A stretch of 54,581 bases of DNA from Candidatus Rifleibacteriota bacterium (lineage in GTDB: Bacteria; Muiribacteriota; Ozemobacteria; Ozemobacterales; Ozemobacteraceae). The notes beneath the pieces are model-generated. The model worked only from the letters and a program-made list of their open reading frames with translations. It had not been told where the DNA came from and did no database searches. Position 1 is the first letter of the stretch. The number at the start of each line of letters is the position of its first letter. Shown piece after piece: positions 26,756-35,335 of this stretch. The translations under genes were made by a program, and so were the position numbers. The DNA lies in contig JBNJGH010000007.1 of the NCBI GenBank assembly GCA_051747585.1, positions 1 through 54,581 on the forward strand, given 5' to 3'.

Positions 26756-28491
26756 TGCAGGTCCTCACTGTTCATAACCCCAATAACTATAGACCGCCGG
26801 TGCACTGGCTCGTTTTCGAACGAATGCTTGTTAAGAAACGGCGTGCCATCTAAAACTGCAACATACATTCCCTTTTGAAGAAAACTGGATGGATTATTTA
26901 TTATTTGTTCAGCCATTTTCTGCCAACCTTTTTGATAAATCTCAGGCAAATCTTCTACCCAGGATGCTTTTGCCATTGTTTCAGGCTGAAGGGTACCTGT
27001 CTGACCGGCAGCCAGGTTTTTACAACTATAATAGCCTCCATCTGCAGTTTTCACATGAACATCTTTTATTTTAGCTCCCAGACCATTTAAAGCTTTGTAT
27101 CCCCCATTTACTTTTTCGATTTCCAGCCTTTCTCTACTGGTTTGCATCTTACGTAAGTGAAGATATAGCGGAATTTTCGGCCTGATCCAGCCATCGGCAA
27201 AATGCTGAGTCCCATCGATTTTGATAAATTTATTTCCATCTCTGTTTCTGTATGACCTTCGTTTCATCTGCGTAACTTCGGTATCAAAAGTAAAATTAAA
27301 GCCGGAAGGTCGATTAGCAGAAGAGAAAACAGCCAATGAACCAAGAGTCAAAGCTCGATTGTAACGTTCGTCAAGAAAGGTCAGAGAATCTTTTTTTATT
27401 AATAAAGTCGATCTTTCAAAAAGCATATAATAACCCAGAATAAGCAGGCAGCAAATTAAAGAAACCACAGGCACAGTAAAGAACACCCAGATTTTTTTCC
27501 CGGTTTTATGAAGCACATAAACATTAACAGGGCCTATAATAAGGGCAAAAGCATAAATCAAGATCATGAGCAATTTAGCTGAAACCGTTTCTAATTCTGA
27601 TTTCTTGAATTTATTAAAAGGATCTTTTGAATTTGCCACATATCTTAAGGGCGAACCACCAAGCTCCGGGAAAAGGGAAGTGCCTACGGCTGATGAAGTT
27701 GCAACTGTTTTCAGAAAGTCTTCCGGAACAGTTATCAGTTTGCCGAAGCCTGCCTGGTATGCCTTCAAGTTTTCGATTTTAGAAGGATTAGGAAGATCAT
27801 AATCAGGTTTGAAATCCGACGGAAGCTGAATATCTCCAAATAAAATCATTTCTCCGCCAAGGCGCAGATAGTTAAAAACAGCATTCTGAGCCGAACTTGG
27901 CATTTGCTTGAGAGTTGTGGAATAAAACAACAATAAAGAGAAAGGAGTATAAGCCAGCCAGTTATCGTTATACTGGGTAACGTCGCCCTCGAATTGCTTC
28001 ATTTCAAGCCGATTGAAAATAGACTTGAACTTGCTTACAGGAATTTTGTTGTCGACCAGAGCGGTCTCATCTCCATAATAATTTCTATGGAAGTTTGTGT
28101 AACCAAAAAGTTTGTCAGAAGCGCTCAGGCCGTCGACTTTAACTTCCAATCCATTTGTATTAAAACCGAGCATGGGAAAAAAGATCGATTCATTACGTGT
28201 TTCATTGGCAGCTATAATAAATTTACGGGTAACTTGTTTAAGTTCGCTGCTGCTATAGCGGGAAGACATAATTAATTCGATTTCATGTTGAACTGAGGAA
28301 GAATTAACAACCCTGACCCTGAACGATTTGTAGCCATACATATTTCGATTCAACTCAAAACCTGGAACAGCAGAGACATTGACTCCTTTCAAATCTATTC
28401 CTACAGAAGTTGCCCCTCTTAAAATCGATCCGGCCAGAGTAAGAAGCAACAAAATAAAAATCAATGCAGGTTTTTTAAAATTTTTATGCAT
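26752..28491 (-). CDS. Exported/membrane protein of the MoxR-ABC cluster
   Basis: Signal peptide, GATase-like segment (AVFNYLRLGGEMILFG...GFGKL) and two TM helices with YAFALIIGPVNVYVL...IWVFFTVP. Confidence 0.75.
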   Translation of the reverse strand: MHKNFKKPALIFILLLLTLAGSILRGATSVGIDLKGVNVSAVPGFELNRNMYGYKSFRVRVVNSSSVQHEIELIMSSRYSSSELKQVTRKFIIAANETRNESIFFPMLGFNTNGLEVKVDGLSASDKLFGYTNFHRNYYGDETALVDNKIPVSKFKSIFNRLEMKQFEGDVTQYNDNWLAYTPFSLLLFYSTTLKQMPSSAQNAVFNYLRLGGEMILFGDIQLPSDFKPDYDLPNPSKIENLKAYQAGFGKLITVPEDFLKTVATSSAVGTSLFPELGGSPLRYVANSKDPFNKFKKSELETVSAKLLMILIYAFALIIGPVNVYVLHKTGKKIWVFFTVPVVSLICCLLILGYYMLFERSTLLIKKDSLTFLDERYNRALTLGSLAVFSSANRPSGFNFTFDTEVTQMKRRSYRNRDGNKFIKIDGTQHFADGWIRPKIPLYLHLRKMQTSRERLEIEKVNGGYKALNGLGAKIKDVHVKTADGGYYSCKNLAAGQTGTLQPETMAKASWVEDLPEIYQKGWQKMAEQIINNPSSFLQKGMYVAVLDGTPFLNKHSFENEPVHRRSIVIGVMNSEDLQ

Positions 28492-28496
28492 GAATA

Positions 28497-29555
28497 CTAG
28501 CTTTCCCGGTTATTTCTTTTTTCAATTTCTATATCGTTAGCAAATTCAAGCTCTGTTTCAACAACAGACTCGATCAGACCATGCAAAATATCTTTGGTAG
28601 TAATTCCTTCAAATTTAGCCTTGTAGTTGAGAAGCAAGCGATGGTTCAGCGCAGGTATCAAAACTTCTTTGACGTCTTCAAAACCAACTGTTGGTCGCCC
28701 ATCAAGCAGGGCAATTGCTCTGGAAGCTTCGGCAACGGCAATGGCAGCCCTGGGCGATGCTCCGTATTGTACAAACTGTTTAACCAGCTCGTTAGATTGA
28801 TTTGAGAAAGGATCAGTCGAGTTAACAAGTCTGGCAATGTATTCTGCTATGGGTCCGGGTAGATAGATGCGGTCAAGAACCGAAAATATCTGATTCAACT
28901 CTTCATGGGTAATATGAAAATCAGGCTCCGGAGGCGTTCCATGCCTTCTGGTAAAGATTATTTCTTTCAAAGTATTTACATCTGCATTTTTGACTTCTAA
29001 TTTAAAAAGAAAGCGGTCAAGCTGTGCCTCAGGCAAAGGATAAGTTCCCTCAAGTTCTATCGGGTTCTGGGAAGCAAGAACAAAAAATGGTCGAGGCAGG
29101 TTTCTTGTTGTTCCCAGCAAAGTTACCGAACGCTCCTGCATTGCTTCCAACAATGCAGACTGGGTTTTAGGCGAAGCACGGTTAATTTCATCGGCGAGCA
29201 GGATATTTGTAAAGACAGGTCCGGGCTGAAATTGCATTTCTCTGCTTTTATCTTCTTTTAATTGTAAAATATGAGCGCCCAGGATATCCCCCGGCATTAA
29301 ATCAGGAGTAAACTGCACCCGGTTAAAATCAAGCTGCATAAGTTCACCAAGTGCTTTAATCAGAGCTGTTTTTCCGACACCGGGTAATCCTTCGAGCAAA
29401 ATATGCCCCTGGCTCAAAATTCCAGTAAGAACCATTTTATGCAATTCGGGCCTGCCAATCATTATTTTATCCAGCTGTTCAAGAACCTTTGCGCATTTTT
29501 CGGCAGTTGATTTTATTTCGTTTTCATTTACCAGTTTATTTTTTGCTTCCATCAA
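28497..29555 (-). CDS. moxR: MoxR-family AAA+ ATPase
   Basis: Walker A GLPGVGKT, RVQFTPDLMPGD, Walker B LLADEINRASPKTQSALLEAM, ASQNPIELEGTYPLPEAQLDRF, YGASPRA. Confidence 0.95.
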   Translation of the reverse strand: MMEAKNKLVNENEIKSTAEKCAKVLEQLDKIMIGRPELHKMVLTGILSQGHILLEGLPGVGKTALIKALGELMQLDFNRVQFTPDLMPGDILGAHILQLKEDKSREMQFQPGPVFTNILLADEINRASPKTQSALLEAMQERSVTLLGTTRNLPRPFFVLASQNPIELEGTYPLPEAQLDRFLFKLEVKNADVNTLKEIIFTRRHGTPPEPDFHITHEELNQIFSVLDRIYLPGPIAEYIARLVNSTDPFSNQSNELVKQFVQYGASPRAAIAVAEASRAIALLDGRPTVGFEDVKEVLIPALNHRLLLNYKAKFEGITTKDILHGLIESVVETELEFANDIEIEKRNNRES

Positions 29556-29576
29556 TTTATTACTCCATGAAGATTA

Positions 29577-31064
29577 TTAGCGGTCAAAAAATGATTTAAC
29601 TGCACTTCGATGCCGGGGCAAAATGATTTGATCGCTTTTATGGGTCTTTTTTGCTTTTTTTGAATTAAAAGTCTCCGAACTCGGCTCTGAGGTTAATTGT
29701 TCTTCGACAAGAGGAGCTGTAATACCCATACCAATTGAAATCGCAGAACCAACAGCAGGAGGATCGGGTAACTTTTCATCTTTAAATTCGATACCATGTT
29801 TAGAGCTCTTTCGATCGAAGTCAAGCGGAGCAGAGCCACCGTCCCTTGAAATGCCGCCTTTACCATAAGCCTTGCCGCTATTGCTACCTTTTGCACCAGA
29901 TTTACCGGATTTGGCCGATGACGAAGAACCACCGGAAGAAGCTTCTTTAACCTTATTGCCAGAAGGGGCTACGATAATTTTTTGCCCTTTCGATCCTTTG
30001 CCTTCTTTTGCAGGCTTGATTTTACCCTGCTGCTTTAATTTTTCAAAAGTTTTCTGATCGATAATTTTAACTTGTTTAAGCTGCTGCATCATCTTATCGA
30101 TTCTTTGCTGTTCGTTTTGAATATAAGACTGAAGCTGTTTTACTGCTTTAGAAAGTTGCTGTTCGGAAGCCTTACCGGAAAGGTTATTAAGACTTTTATC
30201 CATTTGATCACTTGTCTTCGCGGGCATATTCTTTTTTAAGGCTGAATTTTGCAGATTTTTTTTGAGGTCTTCCAATGCTGATTCAAAAGCTTTTGAATCC
30301 AACTTATCAGAGTTTTTCAATTTATCGCTCAAACTTTGCAGTTTTTTCATTTCCTCCATTTTTTCGGCGGCCTTCTTAACTGCCTTATCGCCGATATTCT
30401 GCATTTTTTCATCGAGGCGATCAAATGCTTCAAACGTATCAGAGGGATCATTTTTGTTCGCTGTTTTGCTGATATTATTTAAAGTATTTGTTAATTCTGC
30501 TGCTTTTTTTTCTTCAATCAGCTTTTCTTCTTCTAAGGTTTCAATTTTGAGCATGGCTTTTTGTTTGAAATTTTTTAAGTTCATTGGCGGATTATTCAAG
30601 GAAGCGAAATTTATTACCGGCAAAAACAAACCGGCAAGAAAAAAGACCAGAGAAAGCAACAGCAAAAGCAATCTTCTGGTAAAACCCAGTCTAAGAGGCG
30701 GGGCAACTATTTTTCCTGAAATTTTATTTATCCAGCTCGAGTCTCCGGTTTCCCATGAGGCAAGCAAAAGCCCACCCGTATTGTTAAAAGCATCGAGAAT
30801 GGTAATTGCCTCTTTAACTGAAACTCTTTTTCTATAGGCGGCTAAAAGACCCAGAAGTAAAGAAATCAAAATTCCGGAAAAAGCGAAACCGGTAATATCA
30901 ATTGATTCAAATTTAAGCTGACGCAATACAAGAGCCATCAAACCGGCGAAAAAATTCCAGATGGTTAAAATACCAACAGCAAAAATTGCTGTCAGACGAA
31001 TAAAGTAACCTTTCTGCAGCTCTCTTAATGCATTTTTTATTTGATCGGGAAAATATTCCAACAT
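29577..31064 (-). CDS. Membrane-anchored coiled-coil protein, first gene of the MoxR operon
   Basis: Three N-terminal TM segments, K/E/Q-rich coiled coil, G/S-rich linker, C-terminal ILPRHRSAVKSFF. Confidence 0.75.
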   Translation of the reverse strand: MLEYFPDQIKNALRELQKGYFIRLTAIFAVGILTIWNFFAGLMALVLRQLKFESIDITGFAFSGILISLLLGLLAAYRKRVSVKEAITILDAFNNTGGLLLASWETGDSSWINKISGKIVAPPLRLGFTRRLLLLLLSLVFFLAGLFLPVINFASLNNPPMNLKNFKQKAMLKIETLEEEKLIEEKKAAELTNTLNNISKTANKNDPSDTFEAFDRLDEKMQNIGDKAVKKAAEKMEEMKKLQSLSDKLKNSDKLDSKAFESALEDLKKNLQNSALKKNMPAKTSDQMDKSLNNLSGKASEQQLSKAVKQLQSYIQNEQQRIDKMMQQLKQVKIIDQKTFEKLKQQGKIKPAKEGKGSKGQKIIVAPSGNKVKEASSGGSSSSAKSGKSGAKGSNSGKAYGKGGISRDGGSAPLDFDRKSSKHGIEFKDEKLPDPPAVGSAISIGMGITAPLVEEQLTSEPSSETFNSKKAKKTHKSDQIILPRHRSAVKSFFDR

Positions 31065-31128
31065 CTGTAAGCTCTCTATCTTTATCTTAAACTAATTTTC
31101 AACAAAAAGCATCTCCCGATAATGTACA

Positions 31129-31156
31129 TTGCGTCAAATAGAAATTTCCTTATAAT
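31129..31156 (+). promoter_or_regulatory. Putative sigma70 promoter of the glycine-zipper/fxsA operon
   Basis: TTGCGT(31129-31134)-N16-TATAAT(31151-31156). Confidence 0.5.
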
Positions 31157-31191
31157 TAAGAATGAAACTTTTGCTTAGAGGGTTGAAAAAG

Positions 31192-32223
31192 ATGCTTATA
31201 AATAGAAGAAAGCTTAATACAACGCGGTTTATTTCGATTGTATTAGTTCTTGCATTAACTCTGCAGTTATTTTCGCCTGCTCTTACAACCGGCAAGGTAT
31301 ATGCGGGTTTTGCAGGAGCAAGTAAGTCTGAAGCTTCCAGTAATAAGTTCAGCAGCGCATTCGATGGCATGTTTTCTTTCAACTGGTTTCTGCAAAAGTT
31401 TGGCATTAACCTTACTTTCCACTTAATTGAGTGCGCCGAAGAAAAGAAAAAGCCGGATTTCTTTAGTGTAGTAAAGTCTATGGCAACGGTAGATTTCGCT
31501 GCCAGGTCACTTGGCGGGACCACCGGTTATGCCGCCGGAAGTGTTGTGGCCGCAGGGCTTTCGACCATACCAATTGTAGGCGGAATGCTTGCCGGCTTTG
31601 TTCCCACTTTCAGTGCTTTTGTAGGTGGCGAAATAGCTGGCCGCGCAACAGAAGGTGTTACAAACAAAGAAAAAGGATTTAAAAACTTTTTTAAAGATTT
31701 TGACTGGACCGGAATGATGGTAGGCAGTCTGGGATGGTATGCCGGTTCGATTATAGGTTCGGCAATTTTACCCCCCATCGGTGGTATTGTGGGCGGCATT
31801 ATAGGAAATGTTATTGCCGGCAAAATTTTAAATCTTTTCAGAAAAGACCCGAACAAAAACCCACAGCCGCCTACTACGGCTATGCCTACCGGCGAAGGGC
31901 TGCCCCACGAAGAATATATCCAACAGACACCAAAAACAAACACGATCAACGCCCCCGTAATACCTGAATATCAGTCTTCGAGCCCTGTGACAAGTGCTTC
32001 GGCAGCCATGACAGACAGCGAAATTGAAAATGACTCTGCTGAAACTTTCTCAGATACAGAAGCAAACGGCGGGTTTGAAATTAGAGCTATGATGCAGGAA
32101 TACAAAGCACTTTATTCCGAATATCAGGAATCTCTAAAAGCGCAAGCCTTCGAAAAATGCAAAAACTTAGGAAAAAGACTTGACCATTTAAAGACTAAAA
32201 TAGAGAATGCTTACAGAAAGTAA
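31192..32223 (+). CDS. Exported/membrane protein with duplicated glycine-zipper helices
   Basis: Signal-like N-terminus. Two related GxxxG-rich blocks (SLGGTTGYAAGSVVAAG..IPIVGGMLAG; SLGWYAGSIIGSAILPPIGGIVGGIIG), a P/T/S linker and a C-terminal helical hairpin. I prefer ATG 31192 (AGAGGG upstream) over 31162. Confidence 0.75.
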   Translation: MLINRRKLNTTRFISIVLVLALTLQLFSPALTTGKVYAGFAGASKSEASSNKFSSAFDGMFSFNWFLQKFGINLTFHLIECAEEKKKPDFFSVVKSMATVDFAARSLGGTTGYAAGSVVAAGLSTIPIVGGMLAGFVPTFSAFVGGEIAGRATEGVTNKEKGFKNFFKDFDWTGMMVGSLGWYAGSIIGSAILPPIGGIVGGIIGNVIAGKILNLFRKDPNKNPQPPTTAMPTGEGLPHEEYIQQTPKTNTINAPVIPEYQSSSPVTSASAAMTDSEIENDSAETFSDTEANGGFEIRAMMQEYKALYSEYQESLKAQAFEKCKNLGKRLDHLKTKIENAYRK

Positions 32224-32228
32224 TTTAA

Positions 32229-32684
32229 ATGGTTTTTCATGAGTTAAAAATAGAAGTTTCGCCGGAACTTCTCAAGTCTTTAAAAGAAGCTTCAGAAAAA
32301 GAGAATATTTCTGAGCAGCAGCTTGCAAAACAACTTCTAGAAAAAGGCTTAGCTAATAAAAGCAAACAAAATGAAAGCAAACCTGCTTTTCCCGGCGTGG
32401 CACTTATAAAAGACAATTTTGCCCCCCCGAGTGAGGTTTCAGTCCCCAGAGGGACACAAAATTCACAGACAGAACCTGAGAAAGATTACTCTTACAATGT
32501 TTCTTCAAAACCCTTTAAAAATTCCCCTTCCCTCTCGCCTGAACAACGTAAAAGAAAAGAAACACTTGAAGAACAAATGAGAGAAATATCACTTTTAATT
32601 GACACAGCTGAATCAGAAGAAAAAAAAGAGAAATACCTGCAGGTCTATGCCGGTCTTGCTGCTGAAATGGAAGCCCTTCTTTAA
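32229..32684 (+). CDS. Hypothetical protein with ribbon-helix-helix-like N-terminus
   Basis: ELKIEVSPELLKSLKEASEKENISEQQLAKQLLEKGL fits a CopG/RHH-like pattern. Then a disordered linker and C-terminal helices. Confidence 0.55.
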   Translation: MVFHELKIEVSPELLKSLKEASEKENISEQQLAKQLLEKGLANKSKQNESKPAFPGVALIKDNFAPPSEVSVPRGTQNSQTEPEKDYSYNVSSKPFKNSPSLSPEQRKRKETLEEQMREISLLIDTAESEEKKEKYLQVYAGLAAEMEALL

Positions 32685-32687
32685 ACT

Positions 32688-33239
32688 ATGGGCTGTATAA
32701 TTTACTTTTTTTTAATAGTTACCTTTTTTTCTGTAAGCGAAGTAACTCTGCTATTGTTTGTCGCTCAAAGAACAGGCATTATTTTTACCATGGCCTGCTG
32801 CGTAGTAACGGGAATTCTTGGCGGATATTTTGTTAAACAACAGGGTTTATACACTCTGGCAAAAATACGGCAAACACTTGATCAGGGTGAAATTCCTGCC
32901 GAGAAAGCCATTGAAGCTCTGCTTCTTTTGATTGTCGGCGTACTTTTATGTGTGCCGGGTTTTATAACAGATTTTCTCGGCTTTTTAATCATTATTCCAT
33001 TTTTCAGATCGATCGCTGCCAAAATTCTTATTAAGAATTTCAAAGAATCAATAAAAAACGGACAGTTCAAATTTTATAGCACCACCAGCACAGCTTCTAA
33101 CGATCAACCACGGGAAAAAAACGATGAAAATACAGACACCCCTTCGGCAAACGAAATTGAAAATGCTACAATAATTGATGTAATTGAAAACGATGATAAA
33201 ACAGAAAGGGAAAAGGATGCCAAAGAAAAACCGTTATAA
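32688..33239 (+). CDS. fxsA: FxsA family membrane protein
   Basis: SEVTLLLFVAQRTG, TGILGGYFVKQQG, GEIP, GVLLCVPGFITDFLGFLIIIPFFR. Confidence 0.9.
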   Translation: MGCIIYFFLIVTFFSVSEVTLLLFVAQRTGIIFTMACCVVTGILGGYFVKQQGLYTLAKIRQTLDQGEIPAEKAIEALLLLIVGVLLCVPGFITDFLGFLIIIPFFRSIAAKILIKNFKESIKNGQFKFYSTTSTASNDQPREKNDENTDTPSANEIENATIIDVIENDDKTEREKDAKEKPL

Positions 33240-33741
33240 AGACCTTTGCCGCGCTTATGACGATGGCGTAGAAGAGTGTAACTTATATCGAAAAGAATGC
33301 AGAGATTTTGTTCAGGAATTAAAAACTGCTTTAATTGCTTATTTGCAATGTCCTGAAACCAAAGTTTTCATGTTTCAGCCTACAAAAGGCTTTGTTTTTA
33401 AAAGTCACGTTCTTCAGGGTGATGTTTTTGATACTGAATTTGCCGAAAACGGAACCGCTTTGATTGGTTTCGCGCTGAATGTAAATGATAAAGACATTCA
33501 GGATAAATTCTTCACTTTCATCGTTCTTTTCAAAAAAATCGGGGATGAGTTTCACTTCAGCATATTAGATGATGAAAAAGAATTCAAAAGTAAGGATAAA
33601 GGGATTGAAGATTTTTGCGAATATCTTTATTCCATAGCATTGAAAAATCTCAAAGAACGACTTGATATTTTTCTGGAATCACCGGCCGAAGAATCGGCAC
33701 CAATAGGATTCAAGGTAAAAAAAGAAACGAGCAAAAAATAA
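33217..33741 (+). CDS. Hypothetical protein
   Basis: Open frame in operon context with alpha/beta character, ending SAPIGFKVKK. I prefer ATG 33217 over TTG 33184. Confidence 0.7.
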   Translation: MPKKNRYKDLCRAYDDGVEECNLYRKECRDFVQELKTALIAYLQCPETKVFMFQPTKGFVFKSHVLQGDVFDTEFAENGTALIGFALNVNDKDIQDKFFTFIVLFKKIGDEFHFSILDDEKEFKSKDKGIEDFCEYLYSIALKNLKERLDIFLESPAEESAPIGFKVKKETSKK

Positions 33742-33742
33742 A

Positions 33743-34342
33743 CTAATACAAAACTCTGAACGGCTCTGGAGTGCCCGGTGGCGGTGGAGTTAAAGAACGA
33801 TTAAAAATTCTGGTTGGTTGATTATCAGGAAAGCTGACCGGCTTAAAATCCGGCTCAGCTTTCTTTTTTACTTTTATTTCTTTTTTGGTTCTTATTTTTT
33901 GCTTCTCAGGCGGTTTCAGCCTGAGTTCGAGTTCAAGAATCTTTTTTAAGGATCGGGGGGGATTATTCTGATCAAGCCATTGCCAACCGTTTCTAGCGAG
34001 CCATTCGACTCTCGGGTCGCGGGCATAATATCCATCTTCTATCTGGTCACCCCAATAGTAACCTTTAGCCAGTTTAACTTTGCCGGTGAGTTCATGAATA
34101 ACACCCAATCGATAATAAGCCCAGGCAGTTTGAGAAAACTCATCTGAACTTTCTTTTTCTTTTTGATAGATACGCGAATAAATCTTTTTCGCCTTTTCGT
34201 ATTCTTTATTCTGCAAGGCCTTCTCAGCTTCATTTTTCAGGCGATTGAAGCCGTAATTATCTCCACACCCGACAAGCAGTAAGCTTATCAACATAAACAG
34301 ACTTAAAAAATTCTTTAAATTGTAATTTCTATTATTCATCAT
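33743..34342 (-). CDS. TPR-like lipoprotein
   Basis: Lipobox LLVG-C, TPR-like AWAYYRLGVIHELTGKVKLAKGYY. ATGA overlap with the upstream pilin-like gene. Confidence 0.75.
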   Translation of the reverse strand: MMNNRNYNLKNFLSLFMLISLLLVGCGDNYGFNRLKNEAEKALQNKEYEKAKKIYSRIYQKEKESSDEFSQTAWAYYRLGVIHELTGKVKLAKGYYWGDQIEDGYYARDPRVEWLARNGWQWLDQNNPPRSLKKILELELRLKPPEKQKIRTKKEIKVKKKAEPDFKPVSFPDNQPTRIFNRSLTPPPPGTPEPFRVLY

Positions 34343-34944
34343 TCTATTTCTGAAACCGGTTTCCAGAATTTATCGACACCAGCGGGTACCGGCGGAAAAA
34401 TCCTCGCATTCCATTTAAAATCGACCGCTTTACCCATAGGATCAATAAGTAAAAGATTAATAGCAAAGAAATCTTCTTTTTGCTGAATTTCCATCTTGTT
34501 TAAAAAACCGGAGCCCAATCGAATTTTTCTGCTGTTAGCTCGATTAAGCCTCTGAAAAATCCTGGCATCACCAGATTCCTTGATGCTGTAATCAATTCTG
34601 GTTCCGTCATTTGTTTCGACTACAAATCTACCGGTTCCTGTCCATTTATCGCCGGAATCAGGTTGAAAAATAATTTTGTCAACATTTGAACGAGCAATAT
34701 CCCGCCTCATTATGGTCACAATCCATGCAGCCTGATTGGAAGCAGTTGCACTGAAACTACCACGATGTACATTTGAAGCACCGCGTGACATGGCAATAAT
34801 CACTCCGCCGGCAATCAAGACAACGATGCCCATGCTGATTAGCAATTCGACAAAGGTAAAAGCCCGGCGACTGCCAATTAAACGCCTTGATTCAGTTATT
34901 AGCGATAAAGGTCGAAATTTGATAGGTCTTAACCTCTTTTCCAA
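34339..34944 (-). CDS. Prepilin-type N-terminal cleavage/methylation protein (minor pilin or pseudopilin)
   Basis: RRA-FTFVELLISMGIVVLIAGGVII type III signal with Glu at +5. Start is uncertain (TTG, 53-nt overlap). Confidence 0.8.
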   Translation of the reverse strand: MEKRLRPIKFRPLSLITESRRLIGSRRAFTFVELLISMGIVVLIAGGVIIAMSRGASNVHRGSFSATASNQAAWIVTIMRRDIARSNVDKIIFQPDSGDKWTGTGRFVVETNDGTRIDYSIKESGDARIFQRLNRANSRKIRLGSGFLNKMEIQQKEDFFAINLLLIDPMGKAVDFKWNARIFPPVPAGVDKFWKPVSEIE

Positions 34945-35335
34945 CTTTTTCTCTAAGCTGATAGCTGAGTTTTAGCTCCAATATTCTACCAGCCTTAACC
35001 GCATCTGCGGGATATTTTTCTACATCCAGCGTTACCTGGGGTTTCATATAATCGGGGAATTCTCCAATTTTTAGTGAGATTTTTCCAGAAGGACCTGCAG
35101 AAACACTCGAATTTTTTACCGGGTTGAAACTTATCTGCCCGGGATCAGGCAACCAGTCTGAATTCTCGATTTGCTCGAGAATTTCGTTTGCCAACTGACT
35201 GGCACGAACCTCATCGGCAGAAACAACAACCTGTTGGTGCGAAGTTCCCAACAATCCCCATAGCGGTACCATAGCAGCTACCATTATTGCAGCCGCAACA
35301 AGAACTTCAAGCAGTGTTATGCCTTTATTATTCAT
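34892..35335 (-). CDS. Prepilin-type protein (PilV/GspI-like)
   Basis: NKG-ITLLEVLVAAAIMV with Glu at +5, and RASQLANEILEQI. Confidence 0.85.
   Translation of the reverse strand: MNNKGITLLEVLVAAAIMVAAMVPLWGLLGTSHQQVVVSADEVRASQLANEILEQIENSDWLPDPGQISFNPVKNSSVSAGPSGKISLKIGEFPDYMKPQVTLDVEKYPADAVKAGRILELKLSYQLREKVGKEVKTYQISTFIANN

Noticed and set aside
31096..31122. CCCGATAA as a third sigma28 -10 box
   Set aside because: There is no TAAA at 15-16 nt spacing, and a sigma70-type promoter nearby explains the downstream operon.
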